From positions 1 through 36,576 of IMG/VR virus record IMGVR_UViG_3300011335_000146: DNA of 36,576 nucleotides; one strand, written 5' to 3'. Source of the stretch: a virus. Taxonomy: Duplodnaviria; Caudoviricetes. Within the stretch, counting starts at the first letter, position 1, and every line of letters starts with the position of its first letter. Below the pieces are notes generated by a model. It had not been told where the DNA came from. It was given only the letters and a program-made list of their open reading frames with translations, and made no database searches. Of this stretch, positions 1-9,752 are shown in pieces. The position numbers and the translations under genes were made by a program.

Positions 1-72
1 TGCAATTTGATGCATATAGACTCAAGCTATGGGGTGGTCAAAAAGGAAAGTTCGTAAACAAGGAAAATATAT

Positions 73-546
73 ATGGCAGCACATAAATTACCCGCAGAGG
101 TTCACGCAGTACATGGCAGCAAGGGAATGAATGCAGGCGTTATGCTTCCCGAAAAAATCAAGGCGAGAATTCCGTTTGCTGAATGGGCAGAAAATCCTGA
201 TTTGTTTTCTCGCAAAAAGTTTGTTGAAGAAACTGCAAATTATTTGTTTGATGTTTATGGTATTGGCTCTGCACAAGACAGGCACACGCTTGCCATGCTT
301 GCTGACCAAATGCAAGTTTATATAGATGCCAAAAAAATGCAATCAACTTTTCCTTTAATTGTGGAAATAAATGATGGCAAAACCCTTGCGCCAAATCCTT
401 ACATTGCCCTTTCAAATAAAGCAATGGACAACTGCGTGAAGCTGATGAATGAATTGGGGCTAACGCCTAAATCAAGATTGGCTGCAAACAAGTTAGAGGA
501 TTCATCACCACTGGCTGACTTTCTAAAGGGTTGGCAACCACAATGA
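73..546 (+). CDS. terS: Terminase small subunit (P27 family)
   Basis: C-terminal NPY...ELGLTPKSR motif; AAGGA SD; stop overlaps the terL start (ATGA). Confidence 0.9.
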   Translation: MAAHKLPAEVHAVHGSKGMNAGVMLPEKIKARIPFAEWAENPDLFSRKKFVEETANYLFDVYGIGSAQDRHTLAMLADQMQVYIDAKKMQSTFPLIVEINDGKTLAPNPYIALSNKAMDNCVKLMNELGLTPKSRLAANKLEDSSPLADFLKGWQPQ

Positions 547-2204
547 AATGGCAAGATGGCGTGATATACGCCACACAGGTTGTGAAGGGCGAGATACTAG
601 TTTGCCGTAATGTGCTGCTTGCGTGTCAACGATTCCTGAACCAAATAGAAAACAAAGAATGGGAATGGGAATTTCAACCTGCGGCAGTTGACCATTTCCT
701 GCAATTTGCTTCATTGCTTAAACACGCTAAAGGCGCAGACGCAGGCAAACCATTATTGCTTGAACCATTTCAAATATTATTAATCTGCGGCATCTATGGT
801 TTTTGGTCTAAGAAGGATAAGACAAAACGCATGGTGTCGGATGTGATTGTTTTCATTCCTCGCAAGGCAGGCAAATCAACATTGATTGCTGTGATTGGTC
901 TTTATGAATTGATGTTTGGTGAAAAAGGTTCAGAGGTTTACACACTAGCAACAAGCAGAGATCAGGCAAGCATTGTATTTACTAGCGCAATGGGTTTGAT
1001 TGAATCCATGCCGCAAGAAGTACAGAAATTGTATAACGTACAAAAACACCACATTACAAAAATTGGTGATTCGCAATCAATGTTTAAAGCATTGTCGCGT
1101 GATACCAAAAAAAGCGGTGATGGTTTAAATCCTAGTTGCGCCATTATTGATGAAGCTGCACAGATCATAGATAGAAACTCAATTGAGGTTTTGCATTCAG
1201 GTATGGTGGCGCGGAAGAACCCACTACGCATTTACATCACTACCGCTAGTTTTACGAAAGACACAAAATTTCATGAAGATATGCTGATGCTTCAAACCAT
1301 GCTATCTGGCGAAGCACCAGACAACCCAAGATGGTTTGGTTTGCTGTATGGCTTAGACCCGCAAGACGATTGGCAAAACCCTGCTATTTGGGCAAAGGCA
1401 AACCCTATGCATGGCATATCTGTATTTGAAGAAGCTATTGTTGCAAGGGCAGAGGAAGCAAAATACAAACCCGCAACGCTAAATGAATTCCTTTGCAAAA
1501 CCCTTAATGTATTTGTAAGTGCAAATTCTGCGTGGATAGATAGAACCCATTGGGATGAATGCGCTACAGCTAAATATGAGCGAGAACCTGAAGCTGTCTT
1601 TATTGGTTTTGACTTAGCAGCAACGCGAGATTTAAATGCAGTTTGTACATTAAAAAGATATGCAGAGGATGATTACTTTGCAGAGTTTAAATTCTTTTTG
1701 CCTGAAGAAGCATTGAACCATGTGCCGCAGCATTATCACGATATATTTAGAAACGCTAAAGATTCAGGAATATTGCATTTGACACAAGGCAATGTAATGG
1801 ATGATCGAGAAATTAGCGAATATATTAAACAGCAAGCAAGTAAGTATGATGTTAAAGAAATTGGTTACGATGCCTACAATGCCGCAAGTTTAATTGCTCG
1901 ATTACATGACCAAGCAATGCCAGTTAAAAAAGTTGGTCAAGGCATGGCGGTACTAAGCAACCCATCAAAGCATTTGGAAAAGTTAATTTTAAGCAAGAAT
2001 ATTAAACATGATGGCAATCCATTCTTAGGTTGGCAGCTAGGTAATTGTGAAGTGTATGAAGATGTAAACGGAAACATAAAAATTCGTAAGAATGAAGCAG
2101 ATAAAAGTGCGAAAGTTGATGGTATTATTGCGCTAATTATTGCCATGCATTGTTCATTAGATCATCCAGTTGATAGTGGCAGTTATGGTTTCCGAACATT
2201 TTGA
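543..2204 (+). CDS. terL: Terminase large subunit
   Basis: LEPFQ adenine-binding motif, Walker A PRKAGKST, Walker B AIIDE, nuclease GFDLA and KVDGIIA. ATG at 543 preferred over TTG at 531. Confidence 0.97.
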   Translation: MKWQDGVIYATQVVKGEILVCRNVLLACQRFLNQIENKEWEWEFQPAAVDHFLQFASLLKHAKGADAGKPLLLEPFQILLICGIYGFWSKKDKTKRMVSDVIVFIPRKAGKSTLIAVIGLYELMFGEKGSEVYTLATSRDQASIVFTSAMGLIESMPQEVQKLYNVQKHHITKIGDSQSMFKALSRDTKKSGDGLNPSCAIIDEAAQIIDRNSIEVLHSGMVARKNPLRIYITTASFTKDTKFHEDMLMLQTMLSGEAPDNPRWFGLLYGLDPQDDWQNPAIWAKANPMHGISVFEEAIVARAEEAKYKPATLNEFLCKTLNVFVSANSAWIDRTHWDECATAKYEREPEAVFIGFDLAATRDLNAVCTLKRYAEDDYFAEFKFFLPEEALNHVPQHYHDIFRNAKDSGILHLTQGNVMDDREISEYIKQQASKYDVKEIGYDAYNAASLIARLHDQAMPVKKVGQGMAVLSNPSKHLEKLILSKNIKHDGNPFLGWQLGNCEVYEDVNGNIKIRKNEADKSAKVDGIIALIIAMHCSLDHPVDSGSYGFRTF

Positions 2205-2214
2205 GGATTAAATC

Positions 2215-3618
2215 ATGGGCGTACTAGATATTTTTAATAGAAAAAATAAGAATTCAAAAGAATCTAATACCTTATTTGGTCAAACTGCACTAGGTAATAA
2301 TGTGCTGCGTAATACAGGTTCAGCACAAGCATTACAGCAAATGCTGTATGTCACGACATCTAGCGCAACGCAAGCAGGTAGAACCGTTGATATGTCGGTT
2401 CTGTCCCGCAATAGTACCGTCATGGCTTGCCTAGCAGTCAAAGCAAGGGCTATATCGCAGTTGCCCATACAGATAATGACTTATGACGATAAAGATAATT
2501 ATGTTAATGCTTGTCATGACATACCAAATTCACGCGATAAAATTAAAGCGCGGCAAGTTTATAGTTTGCTGACTAACCCTAACAACTTTCAAAGCCAATA
2601 CGAATTTTGGTATCAGTTCTCGATGTGGTTAGATATGGCAGGCGAATGCTACACAGTGCTGTGGCGTAAAGATCAAACCAAATCAGATCAAACGCCATTA
2701 GAAATGTATGTATTAGACGCAACTTTAATCACTACACAGTTAACAGAAACACGTTACCCAATGTATGTGCTGTCATCACCTAGTTATGGTTTTTCAAAGA
2801 ATCAACCACTAGATTATTGGCAGGTAATTCATTTAATGGAAATGGGTTGGCAAGGTTCAGGTGGTTGGAATAAAGGCACATTGCTTGCGGAGTTGATAGG
2901 CTTAGATCAAGACATTGATTTATATGCAAACTACGTTATGCAAAACGGTGCAAAGCCAAGCGGATTGTTTGTTACTGACCAGGTTATTCCAGATTCAAAA
3001 TATAAAGAGATTGCCGCACGATTAAAAGAAGGTTGGTCACAGTTAACAGGTTCAAGACCAACTGACCCATCAAAACCCGGTCAAGGTATGTTGCTAGATA
3101 ATGGCATGAAATATATGCCTGTTGATATGCTTTCAATTCAAGATGCAGATTTAGCTAAACTAAAAGAACAAACTATGAAACGAATCTGTGGCGTGTTTGG
3201 TGTACCGCCACAAATGATTAGTGTTGGTGAAGGCAAATTTAACAATACACAATCAATGTTAGATGAATTCTATAAAAGCACAATGTCGCCATTGCTGACC
3301 AACATAGAACAAAAATTAAAAATGAGTTTGTTGCAAGGATTCCCAAACTTATATATTCAATTTCAAACAGAGAATTTTTTAAAAGGCGCGCCACTTGACC
3401 AAATGAATTATTCTGTGGCGGGTGTCAACGCAGGAATTTTTACGCCAAATGAAGCAAGAAAGTATTTGGGATTAGAAGAAATTGATGATAGTATTGCCAA
3501 CAGTTTGATTAAATCCAACAGCAAAGCAGAACCTATTGCAGGTTCATCACCACAAGATACAGGCGGCGGCGGTAATGACAGTTCAGTAGGTAAAACTGGC
3601 AGAGCAGGCAACGCATGA
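2215..3618 (+). CDS. Portal protein, HK97 family
   Basis: LLTNPN, NGAKPSG, ICGVFGVPP and TPNEAR motifs; follows terL; GAGG SD. Confidence 0.95.
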   Translation: MGVLDIFNRKNKNSKESNTLFGQTALGNNVLRNTGSAQALQQMLYVTTSSATQAGRTVDMSVLSRNSTVMACLAVKARAISQLPIQIMTYDDKDNYVNACHDIPNSRDKIKARQVYSLLTNPNNFQSQYEFWYQFSMWLDMAGECYTVLWRKDQTKSDQTPLEMYVLDATLITTQLTETRYPMYVLSSPSYGFSKNQPLDYWQVIHLMEMGWQGSGGWNKGTLLAELIGLDQDIDLYANYVMQNGAKPSGLFVTDQVIPDSKYKEIAARLKEGWSQLTGSRPTDPSKPGQGMLLDNGMKYMPVDMLSIQDADLAKLKEQTMKRICGVFGVPPQMISVGEGKFNNTQSMLDEFYKSTMSPLLTNIEQKLKMSLLQGFPNLYIQFQTENFLKGAPLDQMNYSVAGVNAGIFTPNEARKYLGLEEIDDSIANSLIKSNSKAEPIAGSSPQDTGGGGNDSSVGKTGRAGNA

Positions 3619-3746
3619 AACCAAATCAATCGCAATCAAAGCAAAAACAGATTGCCGACAAAATAAAACAAGCTGCGGATAAGCGAGTTAAAAAGCCAAT
3701 GCAGGCAAATGGCATGAAACAAAAAAAGGTGATTTTCCATGACTAA
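3615..3746 (+). CDS. Small basic hypothetical protein (43 aa), absent from the ORF track
   Basis: MKPNQSQSKQKQIADKIKQAADKRVKKPMQANGMKQKKVIFHD; ATGA overlap with the portal stop and 8-nt overlap with the protease start. Confidence 0.5.
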   Translation: MKPNQSQSKQKQIADKIKQAADKRVKKPMQANGMKQKKVIFHD

Positions 3747-4536
3747 AAATGTCACATTTATTTTTGAATCACAAGTTGCGCTAGGCATATCTGCCGATGA
3801 ATCAATGGATTCAATGGGCAAGATTGAAGCAATGCTTACAACTTGGGGCGCACGAGAAGGCGCAGACGGTCGCAAGTTTAATTATCAACCTGAAGCATTT
3901 AAACAGTGGGCAAAAGAATTTTCTGCAATGGGTAAGCCACTGCCGATGTATTTTCAGCACAATGACCAATCAATGCCAGTTGGTCAATGGGATGAATTTG
4001 AATTTACCGATGAAGGCATGATTGGCAAAGGCAATATCTTTGTTAATACAAGCGCAGGCAAAGATTTATACACAATTATGAAAGAATCGCCAATGATGGT
4101 TGGCGGCGTTTCTGTTGGTGCGTATGCAGACGAATATGAAATGGTAGATGCTGAAGGTAATATGCTTCAAGCAGGCATTGATGCCGATGAAGAAGGTTAT
4201 TTCAGCATTACTAAAGGTGGATTGGCTGAAGTTTCGATTGTCATGAACCCAAACAATCCGATGGCAAATATTAGCAAGCTAGAATATTTCCGCGAAGATG
4301 GTTCATTCAATTTAAAAGTATTTGAGAAAGCCCTGCGCGATGCGGGTATTTCTAAAAAAGATGCGACTACTGCCGCGTCTATTTTTGGCAAGGCAACCGC
4401 AAAACGTGATGTTGAAACGGTTAATGTCGAACCGACTACCGAAATGCGCGATGCTGAATCGGATGCGGCAAAAGAGTTTTTAGAGTATCTTGAACAAAGG
4501 GATTTGCTCAAGGCTTTAGAAGCACGCTTATCTTAA
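3739..4536 (+). CDS. Prohead maturation protease, HK97 family
   Basis: PMYFQH, PVGQW, GVSVG and LAEVSIVMNPNNP motifs; lies between portal and capsid. Confidence 0.93.
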   Translation: MTKNVTFIFESQVALGISADESMDSMGKIEAMLTTWGAREGADGRKFNYQPEAFKQWAKEFSAMGKPLPMYFQHNDQSMPVGQWDEFEFTDEGMIGKGNIFVNTSAGKDLYTIMKESPMMVGGVSVGAYADEYEMVDAEGNMLQAGIDADEEGYFSITKGGLAEVSIVMNPNNPMANISKLEYFREDGSFNLKVFEKALRDAGISKKDATTAASIFGKATAKRDVETVNVEPTTEMRDAESDAAKEFLEYLEQRDLLKALEARLS

Positions 4537-4554
4537 TTTTTAATAGGAATAATC

Positions 4555-5910
4555 ATGTTAGATAAAATCACTGAAAAGCTAGATTCAATTGAATCTAAAG
4601 TTAAGGCAGATACCGAAGTAATGGTTAATGAAAAAATTGCTGAAGCAACTGCACAAGTTGAAGCTGCTAAAGCTGAATTTGCAGAAAAAGTTTCCGCACT
4701 AGAAGCAAAGGTTGCCCAAGTTGGTACGCCTTCAATCGTTCGTGCAAACGCAGGCGTAATGGTTGACGTAAATCGTAAAGTTGCAGAACAACTTTCCGCA
4801 TTCTACAAATCTAATGCTCGTTTAGAAAAAGAAATTAAGTTGTTTGAAGATGCTGCACAGTATGAGGCTTTCCAAAAGGAAGCATCCGCACTGACAGGCG
4901 GCGGTAATAATCAAGGTGGTCGTACTGCTTATGACCCTGTATTCGCACCACTGCGTTTGGCAAATCCAATGCGTGGAGTTAGTCGTGAAGTTGCAACCGA
5001 TGGTTCTTCATATCAGTTCCGCGCTAAGATAGGTAATGCAGGCGCACAATTTGGATATACCATTCAAAACAATGGTGCAGCAACTACCGAAGATACAAAC
5101 ATTTGGCAATTAGTGCTGCAAGATATGAACGTACAGTTCCCAATCCGTACCGCAGCATTGGATGACATTGATGGTTTAGAAGCTAATGTTGTTAGCGATA
5201 TGTTGCTAGAATTTAGCCAACTAGAAGCACAATCAATGATTCAAAACAATGACCAAGTTGCACAAGGTGTTTCAAATCCATATGGCGGCACAAACGGTTT
5301 GCGTGGTCTTGATCAATATGCGGGCGCGGCAGCAACTTATGCAGGCGGTTCAGTAACTACTGCAGCATTTGGTACAAGCGGCACAGGCTCATCAAGCGGT
5401 TTGCATTCACTTGCTACTTATGACCAGTTGACAACTAACGCTAATACTGTAGGCGCAGCAAACATTACTTACAAAGATGTAATTAATCTTGTTTACTCAC
5501 TGCCACAGGAATATTGGACACCAACAACCAAGTTCATCATCAATCCAATATTGCTGCAACAGATTCGCGGATTGACAGATACACAAGGTCGCCCAATCTA
5601 TGTTGATGGCTTGGCTCGCACTGACGGTATTGTTGGTCAATTGCTTGGCTTTGATGTTGTTGTTAATAAATATCTTGACACACCATCACAATTAACAACT
5701 GGCGCGGCAGGTACAAACAGTTTGTATCCAATGTACTTTGCTGATTTTGCACGTTTCCACACAATCGTTGATCGTCTAAGCATGGTATTGCGTAGATATG
5801 ACCAAACATTGCCCGGTTTCATCACCTTCTTTGGCGAAAAGCGTTTAGCAACTTCTGTTGTTAATCCGTTCGCGGGTGTTCGTTACCGTTCAACTGGTAC
5901 AGCTACCTAA
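4555..5910 (+). CDS. Major capsid protein, HK97 fold, with N-terminal coiled-coil delta domain
   Basis: Charged helical N-terminus, then IRGLTDTQGRPIY, LLGFDVVVN and YFADF motifs; AGGA SD. Confidence 0.95.
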   Translation: MLDKITEKLDSIESKVKADTEVMVNEKIAEATAQVEAAKAEFAEKVSALEAKVAQVGTPSIVRANAGVMVDVNRKVAEQLSAFYKSNARLEKEIKLFEDAAQYEAFQKEASALTGGGNNQGGRTAYDPVFAPLRLANPMRGVSREVATDGSSYQFRAKIGNAGAQFGYTIQNNGAATTEDTNIWQLVLQDMNVQFPIRTAALDDIDGLEANVVSDMLLEFSQLEAQSMIQNNDQVAQGVSNPYGGTNGLRGLDQYAGAAATYAGGSVTTAAFGTSGTGSSSGLHSLATYDQLTTNANTVGAANITYKDVINLVYSLPQEYWTPTTKFIINPILLQQIRGLTDTQGRPIYVDGLARTDGIVGQLLGFDVVVNKYLDTPSQLTTGAAGTNSLYPMYFADFARFHTIVDRLSMVLRRYDQTLPGFITFFGEKRLATSVVNPFAGVRYRSTGTAT

Positions 5911-5920
5911 TAGCGGTTCG

Positions 5921-5953
5921 CCCCTACCAGAATGCACTGGTGGGGGTTTTTTT
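5921..5953 (+). terminator. Rho-independent terminator after capsid gene 1
   Basis: CCCCTACCAG-aatgca-CTGGTGGGGG stem followed by T7. Confidence 0.9.
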
Positions 5954-5962
5954 GTTTAGGGA

Positions 5963-7009
5963 ATGGAAAATATGAAAGCCAACGAAAAAATCCTTTCAGG
6001 TATTAAACAGACGCTAGAAACTGGCGATAAGATCACCATTGACTTGCGCGAAGCATCTGCGCTTACTGGAAGCGGTAACAATGTTGGTGGTCGTACTTTA
6101 TTTGATGATGCTTTTGCTGCAATGCGATTTGCAAATCCAATTCGTCAAAATGCAAGAATAGTAAAAAGAGCAGGTCAAAGTGCTATTCAGTTTGTAGCTA
6201 AAACTGGTAACGCAGCTAATCAAACAAATCCGTTTGGATATACGTTTACCGCAGATAGCGGAACGCCAAACACAAACACAACAATCTGGCAATTGCCAAC
6301 GCGAGTTATTACCGCACAACTTCCAGTTCGTAGCGCGGTCTTGTCGGATGTAAACTATTTAGATGAAACATTAGTTGCTGATTTAATGGCTGAATTTGGT
6401 GCTATTGAAGCGCAGTCAATGATTATCAATAATGACCAAGCAGGTTCAACAACCACAAGCACAGGCGGCACAAACGGTTTGCGCGGTTTAAATATGTACA
6501 CTAGTGCGGCTTCTTCTGCTTATGGCACAAGCGGCACAGCAATTACTAATGGTATTCACAGCATTGCTACATATACTCAAGCGGCGGCGGCAATTGCTTA
6601 TGGCGATATTACTGATATGGCTAGATTATTTCCGGCTCAATATTGGAATACACCAAGCACAGCATGGATGATGCATCCACAAACTATTCATGAATTGAGA
6701 AATTTAACTGCTACTGGCGGTAATCTTACAAGGCAATTTACTGAAAATGGTAATACTTTTGGTGGCGCAGTAACTCATATTTTTGGTTTTCCTGTGATAC
6801 CAAACCCATATATGGAAACAACTGGTGCAGGTAAATTTAATGTTTATTTAGCATCATGGGAAAATTTTGTAACGATTGCTGACGTTGAAGAAATGACGAT
6901 ACAAGCATTTGAACAAACTGCGCCCGGTTTTATTACACTGTATGCAGAACGCCGTTTAGCAAGCACAGTTCGTGACCCATTTGCAGGCATTAGATTAGTG
7001 GGTGTTTAA
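5963..7009 (+). CDS. Second capsid protein paralogue lacking most of the delta domain
   Basis: Collinear with 4555-5910: EASALTGxGNNxGGRT, TNGLRGL, APGFITLYAERRLAS. Start may be 5972. Confidence 0.9.
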   Translation: MENMKANEKILSGIKQTLETGDKITIDLREASALTGSGNNVGGRTLFDDAFAAMRFANPIRQNARIVKRAGQSAIQFVAKTGNAANQTNPFGYTFTADSGTPNTNTTIWQLPTRVITAQLPVRSAVLSDVNYLDETLVADLMAEFGAIEAQSMIINNDQAGSTTTSTGGTNGLRGLNMYTSAASSAYGTSGTAITNGIHSIATYTQAAAAIAYGDITDMARLFPAQYWNTPSTAWMMHPQTIHELRNLTATGGNLTRQFTENGNTFGGAVTHIFGFPVIPNPYMETTGAGKFNVYLASWENFVTIADVEEMTIQAFEQTAPGFITLYAERRLASTVRDPFAGIRLVGV

Positions 7010-7011
7010 TT

Positions 7012-7665
7012 ATGCCAGTTCAAGAAACAGGTTTAGGATTTGTTCAACTTGCGCCTACACGCAATCCGTTCAATTATGATTGGTTTGAACAGACCAACCG
7101 TAATATTGCGACTGCGTGGTTGACGCTTACTGAAATTAAAAATCAATTAAACCTGTATTCTGACAATAGCCAAGATACATATTTAACTGCATTGGAATTA
7201 GCAATACGAATGGCGATTGAGGATTATCTAGGATTGTCCATTACTAGCGTTCAATACAAAGTTTATTATGGTGCGTCTGCGTTATATGGTTCGCCATTGT
7301 CACTTGATTTGCCTGAAACATCACAAGGTGGAGTGACAATTAATTCGGTTGCTTATTATAACGATTCAACTCCAACAGTATTAACTACGGTAAACCAAGC
7401 TAATTATTATTATGACCCAACAGGGCAAAAAATAATTGTTACAGATTTGCCAAGCTCAATTAATCCGCAAATGACTTCACCTGTCATTGCTACTTATACG
7501 CTTGCGGCATCATCATTGGCAACTTATCCAGTAATTAAACAAGCGGGTTTATTGTGGTTTACGCATTTATATAATAACCGTAGCGATGTAACAGATTTAA
7601 ATTTAAAGCGAATTCCGATGGGTGTAGATACATTGTTGCGCCCATATAAGCCATTGGTGATGTAA
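7012..7665 (+). CDS. Head-tail connector/adaptor (HK97 gp6-like)
   Basis: LTEIKNQL...IEDYLG and IKQAGLLWFTHLYNNRS...LLRPYK motifs. Confidence 0.88.
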   Translation: MPVQETGLGFVQLAPTRNPFNYDWFEQTNRNIATAWLTLTEIKNQLNLYSDNSQDTYLTALELAIRMAIEDYLGLSITSVQYKVYYGASALYGSPLSLDLPETSQGGVTINSVAYYNDSTPTVLTTVNQANYYYDPTGQKIIVTDLPSSINPQMTSPVIATYTLAASSLATYPVIKQAGLLWFTHLYNNRSDVTDLNLKRIPMGVDTLLRPYKPLVM

Positions 7666-8006
7666 TGGTAAAAAGATATGAAGATGTAAATGTTTATGAC
7701 CTTACATTTGCTACAAATGAATATGGCGAACCAGTTACAACTAAAACTTTAAAATTTAATAGTAAAGCTGAAGTTAAGGAAGTTAAAAACGATTTAAAGA
7801 TTACCGATAAATATCGCGTTTATACTGGCATGATTAATTTTATTTTTAATTTTACGCCGTACACACGCGACATTTACGATAATCAAAATTTGTATTCAAT
7901 TGCATGGCGCAATTTAGATTGGAGAATTGATAGCGCAATTGAATCAAATGATAGGATGCACGTTACGTTTTTGTGTTACCACAATGACCCATCAACGGCG
8001 ATTTAA
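7665..8006 (+). CDS. Head closure protein (SPP1 gp16-like)
   Basis: Position, size (113 aa), NEYGEP motif and beta-rich sequence. Confidence 0.7.
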   Translation: MVKRYEDVNVYDLTFATNEYGEPVTTKTLKFNSKAEVKEVKNDLKITDKYRVYTGMINFIFNFTPYTRDIYDNQNLYSIAWRNLDWRIDSAIESNDRMHVTFLCYHNDPSTAI

Positions 8007-8008
8007 TT

Positions 8009-8425
8009 ATGGCTACACAAAACAATGTTTTAGATTATGCAAAGGCAATACAAGCGCAGCTAACAACTACAGTTAGTCCTGTGCCTGTGTATGGTTCTTT
8101 CAATAGAAATTTTGCTTCACAACAGAAGTTTGTAACATGGAATTTGCGTAATGTGCATCAACCAGTTTATACAGGCACAACGCAATCGGTAAAGGGTATA
8201 GACAGACCTATATTCCAAACCAATATATATGCAGGAACATTACAAGATGCGTTCGGCATAGCAAATACGATAATACAAGCATTGCATGGATACAGTGGGC
8301 AGTTTGGTGGGGTAAACGGTTTTTATATTAGTAAACTTGATATTGATTTTCTTTATAATTCATACGAGAACGATATAAATTTGCATTCCGTTTATCTTGA
8401 TTGCACAATGGATATTCCGACATAA
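8009..8425 (+). CDS. Tail completion/terminator protein
   Basis: Immediately before tail tube genes; FQTNIYA...IIQALHGY pattern. Confidence 0.7.
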   Translation: MATQNNVLDYAKAIQAQLTTTVSPVPVYGSFNRNFASQQKFVTWNLRNVHQPVYTGTTQSVKGIDRPIFQTNIYAGTLQDAFGIANTIIQALHGYSGQFGGVNGFYISKLDIDFLYNSYENDINLHSVYLDCTMDIPT

Positions 8426-8457
8426 GACAGACTTTTAAACTTTTTCGAGGATAAATC

Positions 8458-8952
8458 ATGGCACTACCAAATAGAGTTCTACCCGGATTTGCTGCAATAC
8501 TTTACGCACAACCAACTGCAAACCCTACTGCATTAACAGTTGCTCAATTATCTACATTAGCTAACGTGGCTGCAATTGCAGTTAGCGGCAATCAGTTGCC
8601 AGTTGAATCCATACCTGCATTTGGACAAGATGACGGTGTTGTAAATTACTCGGTTGCGGGTTCACGTCAATCAGACAAGATACCAGTGCAATCTGCACCA
8701 ACATCATTATCCGTTACTGCCGCATGGAATCCATCTGATTCAATGTTGCTTTTAATGCGTGGTGATTCACAAAGTGGAATCATTGATCGCACATTCGTTA
8801 TTGCCGCAGTAGATGGTAGCAACATTGTTTACTATGCATTCAATGGGCGTGTATCTGAATTTCAAATACAAAGTGACCCAAGTGCTGAAGCAAAATGCGT
8901 ATTCACTATTCACCCGCGTGGCAACCAATACGGTTGGTCAAATAACGTGTAA
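8458..8952 (+). CDS. Major tail tube protein, paralogue 1
   Basis: Position, GAGGA SD, 164 aa, YAFNGRVSEFQI beta-strand motif. Confidence 0.8.
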   Translation: MALPNRVLPGFAAILYAQPTANPTALTVAQLSTLANVAAIAVSGNQLPVESIPAFGQDDGVVNYSVAGSRQSDKIPVQSAPTSLSVTAAWNPSDSMLLLMRGDSQSGIIDRTFVIAAVDGSNIVYYAFNGRVSEFQIQSDPSAEAKCVFTIHPRGNQYGWSNNV

Positions 8953-8964
8953 AGGAAATTTATC

Positions 8965-9483
8965 ATGGCTTTACCTAATAGAGTTCTTCCCGGCTTTGCT
9001 GCTTCGCTATTTATGCAAACAGGCGCAAACCCAACAACATTAACAACTGCAAATCTATCTGTATGGTCTGCACAAGTTGCCACTATTGTTGGCACTAGCG
9101 CAGGCGGTACAGGCGCGGCAGGCGTTTTAGTTCCAGTTGAAAGCATACCTGCGTTTGGTCAAGATGATGGCGTTGTAAACTATGCTGTTGCAGGTTCACG
9201 CCAATCAGATAAAATTCCAGTTCAATCTGCACCAACTTCATTGTCGGTAACGGCTGCGTGGAATCCATCGGATGCTGCATTGTTGTTAATTCGCGGTGAT
9301 TCGCAAAGCGGCATTATTGATCGCACGTTTGTAATTGCGGCGGTTGATGGCGCAAACACAGTTGCGTATGCGTTTAATGGTCGTGTTTCTGAATTCCAGA
9401 TTCAATCAGACCCAAGCGCGGAAGCTAAATGTGTTTTCACGATACATCCAAGAGGTAACCAATACGGTTGGTCAAACAACTAA
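8965..9483 (+). CDS. Major tail tube protein, paralogue 2
   Basis: Near-identical C-terminal two thirds to 8458-8952; AAGGA SD. Confidence 0.8.
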   Translation: MALPNRVLPGFAASLFMQTGANPTTLTTANLSVWSAQVATIVGTSAGGTGAAGVLVPVESIPAFGQDDGVVNYAVAGSRQSDKIPVQSAPTSLSVTAAWNPSDAALLLIRGDSQSGIIDRTFVIAAVDGANTVAYAFNGRVSEFQIQSDPSAEAKCVFTIHPRGNQYGWSNN

Positions 9484-9489
9484 AACAAT

Positions 9490-9509
9490 GCCCCTACGGG
9501 GGTTTTTTT
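9490..9509 (+). terminator. Rho-independent terminator after tail tube genes
   Basis: GCCCC-TACG-GGGGT stem with cUACGg tetraloop and T-tract. Confidence 0.85.
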
Positions 9510-9521
9510 ACATTAAAATAT

Positions 9522-9749
9522 ATGACAACAAACATTCAATCAAGCAATGATTTATTAGGTTATTTATTAGAGCAATCATTAACTGCGCCTAAAAGTTGGT
9601 TTGGATTTCCGCAACAAAAGCTGACAGGCATTGCACTGGCTCATTCCATTGCTGCCAATCACGCTGACAAAATGTCACCGCAAGAAATAGTCGATTATGT
9701 AGTACGACTAAACAATGAAATTTATACAGGCATTATTAAAAAAGGATAA
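9522..9749 (+). CDS. Hypothetical protein (75 aa)
   Basis: ATG at 9522 after the terminator; fills the gap up to the chaperone gene. Confidence 0.7.
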   Translation: MTTNIQSSNDLLGYLLEQSLTAPKSWFGFPQQKLTGIALAHSIAANHADKMSPQEIVDYVVRLNNEIYTGIIKKG

Positions 9750-9752
9750 GAT

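Noticed and set aside
4555-7009. Readthrough or frameshift fusion of the two capsid genes
   Set aside because: Gene 1 ends in tandem TAA TAG stops, a terminator follows, the frames differ and no slippery site is evident.
8458-9483. Tube duplication as an assembly artefact
   Set aside because: The copies differ at many synonymous sites and by an indel region.
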